This document shows, piece by piece, positions 11,301 through 24,500 of a stretch of DNA of 64,000 nucleotides. Origin of the DNA: Geosiphon pyriformis uo1 (lineage: Eukaryota > Fungi > Glomeromycota). The position numbers were made by a program, and so were the translations under genes. The notes under the pieces were generated by a model, which was not told the origin of the DNA, searched no databases, and saw nothing but the letters and a program-made list of their open reading frames with translations. The stretch is from positions 739,912 to 803,911 of the forward strand of contig JAAOMT010000590.1 of NCBI GenBank assembly GCA_016748015.1, given 5' to 3'. How positions within the stretch are numbered: position 1 is the stretch's first letter; each line of letters starts with the position of its first letter.

Positions 11301-14300
11301 TTATTTATAAAAATGTAATTAATAACCTTTTTAACTTCTCTAAAGTTGTTTTAAGTAATTAACTTAATCAAAGAATACCTACTTAAAAAGTTGATTAAAC
11401 TTATATATAAACATTTCTTAAAACTTACATATTTTTTAAAACCATTTTTATTGAAATTATTACCCAAAATCACAAAAAAGTTAGAATTAATTGCATTAAA
11501 AATAATTGAATTAACATTAGAAGTCTGATTAAACTGTACTTTGGCTAATACATTAATATACAGATCTAAAATAGTAATTGAAAATTTGTCTTTAAACAAC
11601 AATCAAATTGAAATAATTCTGCCAAGAACTTTTTCAACTTTTAACACATACTGAGCCAAGAAACAGTTCATAATAACAGCCACTTTACCACCAAAAAACC
11701 CTTTTTAAGGCTTGATGTAAAAATTCAAATACCATTAAACTTATTTTCAATATACAGTTTAATGTTAAATTTCAACTTAGTTTTAGTAAAAATAGAAATC
11801 ATGTTGTCAGATTCCAAATACCAATAAACAATGTCTTTTTGTTTTGTCAAATTGTTTATATCCTTAATATTACATATAACTATTTTTCAAATAAATTTGC
11901 TTATTGAGGTAAAAGATATATTAAAAAACTTGAGTTTACATATAACCAATCCAATTTCTCCAAAATTAAGTTAACAGAAACTTTGAAAACTACCAATTTT
12001 AATTTCAATCTATCTATTTTAGTGATAAAAATCTTTAAACTACTTAATTCTAAATTTAAAATCTTGTTCTTCACTACTAGAAAAAAAAACAAATGGCAAT
12101 TAAAAGTTGTTCAAAATTATGTTAGTATCTGATTTCAATAACATTGGCATTAGAATTATTAAGAACAAAAATTGAGAATTAGACACTAAAAACACTAGTT
12201 CTATATTATTTAGTTATTATACAATACCAAAAATCTGATTAGCCAAAAGCTCCAGAAAGTGTTTCAAAAAAGCCAAATAAATATTAACAAAAAAATTGTC
12301 CAGATTAGCTGAAAAGTTTCTTTTTACATGGAAAGTATCAGAAAAAAACAACTCAGAACCAGAACCAAAGCCATTATTATTAGAAAAAAAAGCAAACAAA
12401 ACCATCTGTACTCATGAATTTTTACCAAAAACAACAAGATAGAAAATAAGAACACTTTTTTTTGTATAAGTTAAAGACAGTTTGCATTCAAAGTAGGTCT
12501 TTTAAATGGTTTTAAGAGCTTAAGAGTGGATGCATTTAGTGTATTATACTCTAAAGCAAAATGACCAAACCTTCTACACTTTTTACACTGAACCAAATTC
12601 ATCTTAACCCAAATAAGTTTTATATTACCAAAAATTAATTCTATATAAAAGACAAATTCAAGTTTTTTTTTTGATTTAAAGCCAACTACAATACAGCAAA
12701 TCTTATTGCCAGTCTTAAGTAAATGATTGATGACACAAGTTTTTTTACTAGCTCTTTTTAATAAAGTATTAAGATTATAAACAGTTGTTTTCATAAGCAA
12801 AATAAACAAAAGCATCTTAAACTAATTTCTTGACATTTAAACTTTATGATTTTTTACAGTTTTTATTATATATACTGAATTTTTTTTAATAAAAAATAAC
12901 CATCTTGCTGCCAATTGATTAGGCTAATCTAATTTGGCAAATTCTACTATAGTTTTTTGTTACAGTCCAATTAATTATAATCAGATCAATACTATTTGGC
13001 CAAACTTAAAAAAAGCTGCAATAATCATTTTTTTTGGTATATTTATGAGAATTTTTTTGATTATTATAGTCTAATTTAAGCATATTTTTTGTTTCTTAAC
13101 ATTATTATTTATAATAATTTCTTTATCTTTAGCCAATGATGTAGTTTTTTTATATTTCTTCTAATATAAACATTGATCAAATGATTTTTTCAAATTTTGA
13201 AGAAGTAATAGTCTCTTCAAAATTATTGATTAATGAAAACATTTTTTTGATATATTAGGTCTTGGTTATTATCAATTTGCTCTTAATTGCTAAAATATTA
13301 ATATTTAATGCAAAAAATTTCATGACAGGCACTTTTACTTAAGTTTTAATAATTTTAAGATTGATTTACTTTTTGTCTAAAGAAATAAGTAAGCAAAAAG
13401 GGAAAAAAATCTTATCATTATCTATGTTGTAGTTGAAAAAATTGATTGAAGAACCAAAAACAGCACTAATATAAACTTGCTTGGCTTTAAAGATATTTAT
13501 CTAAGAATTAAACTGCTTTTTCTCTTTACCACTTGTTCTATAACTATTATTATTATCAAAAATGATCACTTCAAAAGTATTTTCAATTGTATTTATTTTA
13601 GCAAACTAACCAATAACATGTTCTGAATTACCAAAACTCAAATTTGCCTTGTTACCTAAATGTTTTACTTTGCCAAAAAAAGTTTTTTGTTTTTGAGTCA
13701 AGCTTTTACTAACTGAATCTAATGCCAAAATTCTGGCTGGCCTTTTCTTGGCTGCAAAACCACTCATAGTGACAGCCAATTTAACAACAAAAAAGTTTGT
13801 TTCTTGGAGAATTGTAAAAAGTAAAATTAAAACAGAAAAATAAAAAACTTTTTTTTTAAAATTTACATTCTTTGGGAAATTTTGGACGTAGAAAAGAAAG
13901 AAGTTTATTTTATCAAATAGTATTAACAACAAATATTATTTTATAATAATAGTAAATTAATAAACATTTTTACTTTAAAATTTATTTTATCAAAATTATT
14001 TTAAGTTAACTTATTTATTATATAAAAAACATATCATTAAAAATTGGATATAATATTATTTATTTTATAAAAACATAAAAATAGTCAATTTGTTTTTGAT
14101 TTACTGTATATTGTAAATATTTAAAACTTTATATTCCAATTTTATTGAACTACATAAATCTGAAACTAAAATTTTTTATTTTAAATACTTGACTTTCAAT
14201 GATTTTTTAATGATCAAAAACAAAAAAGCAAATTTTATTTTACATTAATACTTGAATAATCACGATTTACAATTCAACAAAAATCATCATTTAACAATTT

Positions 14301-14464
14301 AACCTTCAGACCCAAAAATAATCATATTACAATAATAATGGGAAAGTCAATCAGAAAAGTTCGTTTAAATAATGCAAATTTTAATCCCAGACACCCGGTA
14401 AACAGTCACGTGTTATCATCGTTATCGGCAACTTGTGTTGAGCAATTTTAAATAAATTTTTAGA

Positions 14465-17400
14465 TCATGAAGTGTCTTGTAAACGACGATCAAAAGTAGT
14501 TTCACTTCGGTAACCAAACATCTGTTGTAATCGTAAAAGTTTTTGCCTATATGCAACGTCTGAATAGAAAAGATTAATTAATACTCTTGTTGTAATCACT
14601 TTTTACTGAGGAAAAATAGCTATTAAATGAGAACTCACCTTCTGGATTTTCGCTATGATCCACATCAGTATTAGGGGGAACTATTTAAAGCAGATCACAT
14701 GCCATTTAGGAGTCCATAATGAATTCATTAAAAGACCAGAAATCAAAAACTTACATATAGTCTTAACTTCCGCTACTGCATTTACTCGTTGCTTTTCCTC
14801 TTCTTCCACTGCTATATTTTGCAGACCCCGTTTTATATAACTTTGAAAATATGTTCCTGTTTTTGATAACTGAGCTGTAATTTTAGGTTCCATTTCAGGA
14901 TGTAGTTTTTGAAATTCATATAATTCGAGAATACCCTGGAAATAAAATTTTATAACTTAGGTTATTTACTAAATTGTGGAAAACAAATACGCAAATTAAT
15001 ATTTTAACCTGTTTTGTTTCTTCTCTGTTTCCAATTTTTTGGAAAATCTGGGTTAATTTTGAATTTACATCTATACCAGAAAAACGGGGACTTCCATTCG
15101 GAGTTGGAAATCGTGCTGACATGGGAGTGCGTGGGGAGGATGGGCTAACTGGTTCGGAGCTATTGGATCGGGTTTCATTGAAATTCGGGGGAATTTCAGG
15201 GGTGGAACTTCGAATCAGTGATTCGTGTGCTCGCGCGAATGTTGGACTAGGACTGCCAGTCTGTGAGCCATTAGCTCGAATGTCTTTGTAATTAATTCCT
15301 GATTCTCTAATTAAAACATTTCGTTGAATCGACTCTTGCGTACGTAGAGGCTCTGAACCAGTAAAAGCAGATTCTGAAATCGTAGAGCTATTTGAACGAA
15401 TTGATGCAATAGAAGAGGGGCGGCTCTGGAGATTACCTTGAGGGGGAGGAGGCTGAGAATCAGTAAAAAATTAGCATATCATTGTTAAACATTTAAATTT
15501 TCAATGTTTATAGAAAGAATGAAGAAATTTGAGTGTTATACATTAGCTGTTGTAGTTTGTTTCTCTTTTTTCCTTGAAGCCTCAAGCATGTGATGCAAAT
15601 ATGGATAAACATAACTGCGTTGAGGATCTTCGATAAGGTCTAAATGATCATAAACCCCATCTCCAAGGCCATTCACTAATTCCAGTAATAGAGTTTTCAC
15701 TGTGCGAAGAGGAACTTCTCCGAGGGGAACTTGTTCAGCAGCGCGCCGCTTCCATTCGGCCGGTGGTGTGGACAGAAAGAAATTATTAAGATCACGCAAA
15801 AGCTGATTTGGTTTTAAAACTCCATTTTTAACGTTATCTTGAACACTCTTTGCCAATTTCCATAAGCATTTCATGATAAGTTCAGTAAATTTCGTTTTAT
15901 CAGTGGTTTGAGATTGAGGAAGATCTCGTAAATTGGCGGATGATCGCTCAAGAATGGATATTAAGGCACTAAGGTTATAAAGAAAATTTGTCATTAGACT
16001 GGCACATATTAAAATTAGATCAAAAAGATTCGATTTCAAAAGCTCATAGCTTCTCACCTATAGGTAGAGTTTCGATCACTATTTTCAAGAACCTTAACCA
16101 TAGCAACATTAAGGGCTTTCGATAATTGCTGTCCACAATCCAGACTTTGAAGCGCTGGATCTAATAAGCGAGCCGCTAATTCTTGCAATAATATGACTAG
16201 AGAGTCCTGTGATATAGCTGGAGCCAATTCTTTACTAGAGAAAAGCAATACCAAAGCATTTACCAAATGTTTACACTGGCGAATAAGTGTGTGTTTTTGA
16301 GGTTCAATTTGTGGATATGTCATATGAATTTGCAAACTCAGAGCGTTGACAAGTTCATCAACATGCTCAATAACCTTAGTGGGTGATCCATTAAGCTCTT
16401 TATCTATTTCTTTCAGACCTTCAATGCTCTGCTGCGAATCACTACTCATAATTTTATTAATGATAATGTCTACTCGGACTTCAGTTAAACGCTCCGCATT
16501 TATTGGACGTTGTTTGTTGTTAAGAGATCCAGACAAATTATGTTTTACAGGGATTTCGATGTTAGAAGTTGGGTTCTCGGGGGGATCGATATCCATTGCT
16601 GTTAATTCCCTGCTTGATTCAATATCTTGAGATGTAGTTGCTGGAGGTGGTGCACCATTGACACCATTCATGCCCCTTCGCAGTCGAGAAAATTGGAGAC
16701 GGGATGGGCCAGGTAGCCCTCTACCTATACCACTGGGCGCTGGACTTTTTAGTAAAGAGTTTGGATTCTTATTCATTGTTGGTGGAGGAAGCTCATTTAG
16801 GGGTATAGACTGAGGTTGCTCTAAGGGGAGCGAGGGAGCTGAAACAACAGAAAGAGCAGAAGCTCGACCTATAGGGCGTCTAAGACCAGGTAATGGTAGC
16901 GGTAAAGGTTCCTCTTCGTATTCTTCATCTTCTTCTTCTGGTGAAGGTTCCCGCTTACCACCAGATGTGCCAAATCTTAATTTTGACCCGGGCTTTTTTC
17001 CAGCATTGTTTGGTGGAGGTTTTGCAGCTCCACCGGTTGGTCGGGCCGATTCGATCATTGGCATAATTGATTGTTTCACTGCACCTTTGAGGTCCCCGCA
17101 TTTCGCCACAACGAAGTCATAACCTGCGTTACTGATAACAGGAGACAAACATGCTTGAGCAGCTTTTCTTACTTCTCCGTTACGGTCGGCTAGACATGAC
17201 AACAATATGGGAACCAAAATTTTTAAGTCAGATGAAGGTTTTTTTTCTTTTTCCTCAGATTCCTTGAGACGTTCAGAGAGCCAAGAAAGTAAATCTTTGC
17301 GCAATAATGGGTTATCCGTGGCAAGACTGGTGGCAAATGAGCTAATGAGAGGTTCTAGGCCTGTAGCATTTGCCAAACACTCCAAAGTCCCAATTGCGCT

Positions 17401-20400
17401 GCCTCGTACAGTAGACTTTTGGTCTGTGAGTACCGCTGTCACAGGCGCAACAAATATTTTAACGTAACGTTCAAAAGGTTTGCCCATTGCTGTCGCAAGC
17501 TTTCCGCAAATTTCCAGTGCCATCATCTGTAAGCTCTTGTTACTATCTGCCAATCGTACCTTTAGGATTGGTACAAAGTCACCTATGTGCAAACTATTAC
17601 ATGAGAATCTCTTCAACTCAAATTAGAATAATGTAATATATATCACTAACCAAGATTTGGTTTTATCCTCTGATTAGCATCAACAATAGCTTTTATTTGT
17701 TCCAGCCCTTCTTTTCGTGTCTTCCACTTGTCATCATTGCAATCCTAAAAACGAATCAAAAACTTTGTTATTTCTCGAAGAGCAAATATCTCTTGAATAC
17801 ATAAAAATCATTGCTCACAGCAATCATTTTACTAGTAAATTGAGCTCCTATGTCAACTTTAGGAAAGAGCTCTTCCAAGGCATCAGCTCCACCACTCGAT
17901 GCTGCGAATTCAGCCTGAAATACAAATAAAAGATTTTGATTTTTTGATTTTCAAATAATAATAAAAATCGAATATTATATAATCACATACGCTTATTTTA
18001 GATGGTTGAGGTGGGGTTTGGTCAGCAACTTTTTTGAATTCAGCATCTATTATGGAGAGTTGCGTGGCATTCAAGTCCTGAACAAATGTTCGAATACCTA
18101 TAAGAAGTGGGTTAATAGGGTATATGAGGACGTAATTTTTATAAGGACTAAATATATTACCTGGACCCACAAATATCCTCAAAGCACCAAGCACGGTAAT
18201 TGCGTTTGTTCGAACAGCAGCATTTGAGCTGCTCAAAGAAGATTTTAAAAAGTCAATTAAGTCCCGTACTTGAAGCCCAGTAATACCAAATTCCATGATA
18301 GCACCCTGAACCCATGTTAAAGAATCAGCCAAGATTTTTGGTGATTTTGCTTTACGCAAGGGCTCATACGCTGATACCCAGAATATATAATAAATCAAAA
18401 TTTTGGATTGAAGTTTAGAGCAAAATATACGAAATTTAAATATCAATCAATACCTTGACTCAATAAAAACTGAAGTGAAGATTTTTCGGCAAATCGGGTC
18501 AAACAATCCCCCGCACTTTTCTTAAGCTTAATATCGCCCAATTTTTCTATAAGTACTAGAATCAGAAATTTAAAAATGAGTTTCATATTAAGTATTTTGA
18601 ACTTTGAAGCCTTCATATTTACTTGGAATGGCTAAAGCTGCCGCAGATTTTGTGAATGAAGGAATCCTCTCTGCAAGCAATTCCATTATATTGAAAGCTT
18701 TACTCATAATCTGGTACAATATCGCAAATTATATTAAGTTAGAGGATAAAAAAATAAGAAATATAAAGATTACAATGTAAATCACCTGAAAATTGCTCTC
18801 TTTCCATCCGGGCTTTTTGCTCAAAAAACGTATAACAAGCTCTGCTTCAATTTCAGAGGGATCCATCTCATCCAAGGTAGTGTATAAGGTTTCAATAGCT
18901 AATTTAATAAGACCAAAATTTAAAATGAACTTTAATCTTAAATTGAATAGCTGAAGCTCCTTATACCTGCCAATCGTAACTTCCAATTCTTATCGCCTAA
19001 ATCCTCTGTCTGACTTTCGGGTACACATTCTGAAAATTTGTCTTCAACCTCTTCATTAGTAAATTTATATCGTAGAGGTTCTTCGGTTTTAGCTCCACCT
19101 TTCTTTGTTGGTGGTGGAGGAGGAGGTGCAGCAGCAGCTTTTTTTGGCGCAGTAGCTGGAGCAGGCTTTTTTGAAGGCGCGGGTTTTTTGGTTTTGGAAG
19201 CACCCTAATTAACATTATAAGTCATCAGTAAAATGCCGGAGGGAAGAGTTGATAAAATTGAAGAAACTAACTGCGGCTGATTTGATGAGGGGCTTTGCTG
19301 TAGATTTTGTTCTGCCCGGTTCGGAAGTTGCGGCAGGGACTGGAGGTTTCCGTGCAATAGAAACCTTAACCTTGACTTCAGCTTTCTCGAAAAACTCTTT
19401 GATTTTGCCTTTTTTGAGGTCATCTAATCCTTCAAGAAAGGGATTCATGGCCTTTTCACCGATGACTTTCATTAAAGTTCCAAGGCCTTCGAAAGCAGCC
19501 ACTCGGACAGGTTCAAAACTGTCCTCGGAAGACTTGACCATCATTTCGGTAAGAGATTTAATTTCACCTTTGTTAGGAGCAATTTTGGTATTTTTGAGGC
19601 AACGAACGAGCCACTTCATAGTTTCCGTCTTTACTTGTGGGTTTTTGTGTTTACCACCGGCTATAAAATCCTCGGCGACGTCATCAAATGTTACCTTTTT
19701 AATGGACACTAAAAAGTTAGGTGATTTTTTTATGGTCCCAGAAAACTTGAAATTTGTAACAAATCGCTCACCGAAAGAAATATGGCATCTAACGCGGATG
19801 CTAAAGTGTCCACTACTGTTTGCTTCCTTTCTTTGAGCTTTTCTATTATTGGCCCGATAACCTAATTGAGCAGATAACTTTTATTTTACTATAAATCAAA
19901 AGGAAAAATCAAGAACACAAATTACGAACGGTGGATTTATGTTTTCCAAAAGCCTCGCGTAATCCAATAGCCAATGCTTCGATACAATTTGCAGCCGCGG
20001 TTACAACTACAATATTGGCATCGGTCATTCGCTAAAAATTACAAAACCGAGATTTATTAAAATTGAATAGCGTGAAATGAACCATAATGAACTTTAAGAA
20101 TTTTAAGAACCTTGGCAAGAGCACCAATTAATTCGCCATAATTGTTGTCGGCAATTTTGGGTGTTTTGCATATTTCGAGTAGTGCATCCAAAGCTTCTTT
20201 CCTGTCTTTCCATTTTGAGGATCCCTAAATTTAGGATTTGTTTTCATAAACTTATTCAAGCGCTTTATTCCATGCTCATTGAAAACTTCAATTACCAATT
20301 GTTCATAAAAGTCCTTGTTCATCTTAGCAAGAACATCTACAGCCACCAGAGATGCATATACATTTATATCCTTTTCTTCTTCAGCTTCTTCTTCAACTCC

Positions 20401-21756
20401 TATTAAATTATTTAAAAAGATCAATATGATGGCACACAAAAAACATCATCTCATTTAATTCTGTTACCTCCCCCAGCTTCGGCATGAGCTTCAGCAGCAG
20501 CTACCTGAGATCGCAGTAAACGTGTTTGCGTAGGTTTTTCAGGTGGAAGTTTTTCGAAAGCCTCATTTAGTTCTTTAACCTTGATAAGAAAAAGTACTTA
20601 GCGACTCTGATGAAGCTAATGGCAACCAATTCATATTAATCTACCTGAATTGGTTTTAATTCCTGTAAGATTGGATTTAATCCTTGACCAAGCCATTTAT
20701 ATAACTCTATTACAAGATTTGTTCCCTAAAATGGGGATAAATGAATGAATGAATGATTGGTTGTGCTATAATTTATAAGGATAAACTGGGATAAGGCTCA
20801 TAAATTACCTCACTTCTAACATTCTTGTCTGTATGATTGAATACTTTAGGCAAAGCCTTTAGAATTGGTTTGCAAGTGACTGTTTTAGCACCGTAAAGCC
20901 TAAAAATAGGAAATCATTTTAAGCTAAAAAGATCTACACAGGGAAATAAAGAAAAAGAAACGTAACCTGATAATTTCTTTGAGGGCAAAAACTGTCGTGG
21001 CTACTAATTTTGGCTGTTTTGCATTTAATCCAATTAAAACATCTTCCTACATGAGATTACGTGTAAAGTATTAGAAGTTTATTTACAATTCAATATGAAG
21101 GGACCTGAGAACTATGATTCTTGCGCCACGTACCACAACAGGATCGGGAGTATCCACCTCAATATATAATAGTATTAGTTCGACTGCTTTATTTTTTGTT
21201 CCAGCCCGAGCGGAACCAAAGCTTTTATCTACCACTGCCGGTATAACTGAACCTCTTGATCTAAGATATAAGATAATAGTAGTTTTAGAAGTCTTAGCAA
21301 AGTTCCAGGCACACTTTATCCATATAATATATATATAAACCCGAAGCGCCGGATAAATGAGGTACTTAAAGTAAAAGAAGATAAAACTCAAAGATTGAAT
21401 AATGAAGAAAAGTTCGGAGCTTGCCTCGTAGGATTTGGCGCGTTTTCTACAAAAGCCAGTAAGGTTGTAAGACCAGTTTCTTGAGCAACAGCATTTGCAT
21501 CGGTTGCAATATTTTTCATGAAACCATCAAAAGGCCTGAACTCGTCATCATTAGACGGATCTGCCTTGGAAAACTTCTTTGTAAGCTCCTCGTATGCTCC
21601 AACCCGCACCTTCCAAATCTGAAAGGATATAATCAAGGTTTGCGCGATTAAAGTTGAAATAAAAAGCTGAACAAAGTGAATTTATGAAAGTAATACTTTG
21701 TGTGTTATTCGTTCTGTAAGAGGAAGTGACGAAAAATCTTCTTCCGGTGTGGCCAT
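14465..21756 (-). CDS. STU2: XMAP215/ch-TOG/Stu2-Alp14 microtubule polymerase (multi-exon, TOG domains)
   Basis: MATPEEDFSSLPLTERITHK-IWKVRVGAYEEL (TOG1); further TOG HEAT blocks (HKNPQVKTET, KPGWKESNFQ, DKWKTRKEGL); C-terminal KFTELIMKCLWK and FQSYIKRGL; ends RQKLLRLQQMFG...DTS*. Confidence 0.93.
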
Positions 21757-22299
21757 AATTAAGCGAAAGTGAGATGACAGGAAACCCTTTTGTTGAAATT
21801 GGGAAATTTAACAGTTCTGAACTGGTGTTGATGTTTTCAATAATTTCGCATATCCAAATCAGGATATGTTGAAGTTGATAGCGATATTCACGATAACAAT
21901 CATAATGATGATCATATGATACCATAGGATGAGAACCCCACACAAAAGGCGGGTAATCATGCATGCTCTTTGTAAATAGACCCTGATTCCTGAATAATAG
22001 GGGATAGGGGCTAGGACTGATTTATCTGTTATTAATAATTTCTTGTGAAATGTAGCCTATGTCAAGTAAAGACCGCTATTTTTATGAGGAAAACAAGAAA
22101 ATTTGGAATTGGACATTGATAAGACAAATGGGATTATTAACTTTTTGATATATTTTAGCGACTTTTCTTTTGGTTCTTACTATTAAACTTGCCAGTTGCA
22201 AAAGAAAAAAAAACAAGTATACATTGACAAGAAGTTCGATTTAGTGAAATAAAAGTAAAGACATTTGAAATTTTTGTCATATTTTAATAAGAATAAGTA

Positions 22300-24500
22300 A
22301 ATCTTTTTACAAAATAATATAGCATAAATTTTAAAAATTTAACGTATATTTAAACCATTAAAATAAAAATAAAAATAAAAAATGCAAAAATTATAAATAA
22401 GTATTTTAAATTCTATTTTTTTATAAATTAACAAATATTGTATTAATTATTTATTATTTGCTTTAGTTTTATTTATTTTTATTATAAGTAATTAAAAATA
22501 ATATTTCATGAATTACAACTTTAAATTATATAATTACAATTGTTTTAATTAAAATAATATTTATTTTTATTATTATTTAACAAGTATAGTACAATTATTA
22601 TTTATTACAATACAATTATACCAGATTTTAAAAATCATAAATATACTATTATTTATGGTTTTTATAATTAAAACATTAATATTAACAATTTAGTTTAGTT
22701 TTATATTCAAAAATACTTTAATATACAAATTTTAAATAAAAACTAAAAGTTTATTTTTAAATAATAAATAAATTAATAAAAACCAATTTAAAACTTTAAA
22801 AATTTTATAAATATGTTTTGTTAAATTAAGATTTATAATAATTATAACTTTAAAATTTAAGTAATTAAAATTCAAGTTAAAAATAAACATATATATTTTA
22901 TTAAATTTGTTTATAATTTACAGTTTTATTTTTATTTTTTAATTTAGTTTTTATAATAATTAAAATTATATTATTTATTTTTTTATATTATATTATAATA
23001 TTTACTTATTTTATAAAATTGTTTATGTTTTTAATATTACAAATCACAATTTTTTAAATTAAATTAGTTATTAAAAAATTAATAAATATTAGTATATAAA
23101 ATATTTAGATTCAAAAACACAATGTTAAATAAATTTATAAATTTAATTATTTTAATTTTTAAGCTGTTTAGTTTTAAAAACACCAAAAACATTAAAATTC
23201 AAAAATATTAAATTATTAAATTTATTAGAAATATTAAAACTTAAAAATAATAAATTAATAAAATAAAAATAAAAAATTATCTATAATTATCTATAATTAT
23301 ATTCAAATAAAAAATTAAAAAAAAAACAAAAACAAAAAAGAAAAATTTAAGTTAAAAAATAAAATCCAATTTAAAAAATAAACTTAAAACTTAAAGTTTT
23401 ATTAAAAATACTTTAATTTTAATTTCAAAAAAAATTAATATTAACAAAAAAGATTAATTAATATTTAAAAAATACCAAAAAAACATTATTTATAATTTGC
23501 ATTCAAGTTTTATTATTAAATATAATTAAATAAATAATAAAAACTAATTTTTTAACATATATATATATTAACTATTATTACTTAATAATTAAATTTACAT
23601 TTTTTTCAAAATAATCAAAACTTTATTTATTTAAATTATATTTAATAAACATAATTTAACTTAATTATATTTTATATATAAAAATAAAATAAACTAATTT
23701 AATACAAATTCACATTTTTAAAACTAAAATAGTTTAAAAAATAAGTTTAAAAAACTCTATTGTCTTAAAATAAATAATACAGAATTTTAATTAATAATAG
23801 ATATTTTTTTATTATAAAAAGCTAAAAAATTAAAAAAATTATAAATAGTTATACTTATTAATAATATATAAAAAAATCAAATAACTATTTTTAAAAACTT
23901 ATAATTATTTATTAATATTAATTTTAATTATATATATTAAATTTTTATTTATAAAAACAAATTATTTTAAAACTATTAATTTAATAATTTTATTATTAAC
24001 AAACTTTACTGTTACAAACTAATAAGTTATAATTTAATTAAAATTATTTTACTAAATTTAAATAAAAAGCTAATAACCAACTTAAAAAAATTAATTCTTT
24101 TAATAATAATTATTTTTTAATTTATATATGTATTTACATATTATAGATTAATATTAATTATAATATTCGCTTTTATTATTAATTTTTTAGCTTTGTTTAA
24201 ACTTAATTCAAATATAAATATTAATTAAATAATTTTATAAAAGTAAAATTTTTTTTTATATAAATACCAAATTTTAATCTTTTATATTTAAAAAACCAAC
24301 CAAAAAAATTCATTATTATATTCTTTACAACTAGTTTTCTAATTTTTTTTTACATTGTCAGAAATATTAACAGATATATTTTTCTTAATACTTGAATAAT
24401 TTTTTTTTTATTTCTATTTTTAATTAATAATAATAATAATAACTTATTAAAATTAAGTTTGTCAAGTTTAAGCGATTATTTTACATAAAGTTTTATTTAT
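22300..24500. repeat. Extremely AT-rich, G-depleted tract, probably a fully eroded transposon
   Basis: Almost no G or CpG and no ORFs; texture like the most decayed parts of the LINE nest. Origin cannot be read. Confidence 0.45.

Larger units (their letters stand above)
4781..13904 (-). mobile_element. Full-length non-LTR retrotransposon (LINE, APE-RT-RNase H), heavily decayed, with two nested insertions
   Basis: ORF1 relic 13767-11901 with a CKKCRRFGHFALE zinc knuckle. ORF2 relic with APE, RT (AGVFVDNTIW), RNase H and a C-terminal CLMC...DH..C finger. 5' end ACTTCTTTCT, 3' UTR and A-tail all match the copy at 48468-57158. Confidence 0.88.

Noticed and set aside
19249-19836. 195-aa plus-strand ORF and similar antisense ORFs over genes and LINEs
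   Set aside because: Shadows of real coding exons on the opposite strand, with no motifs of their own.
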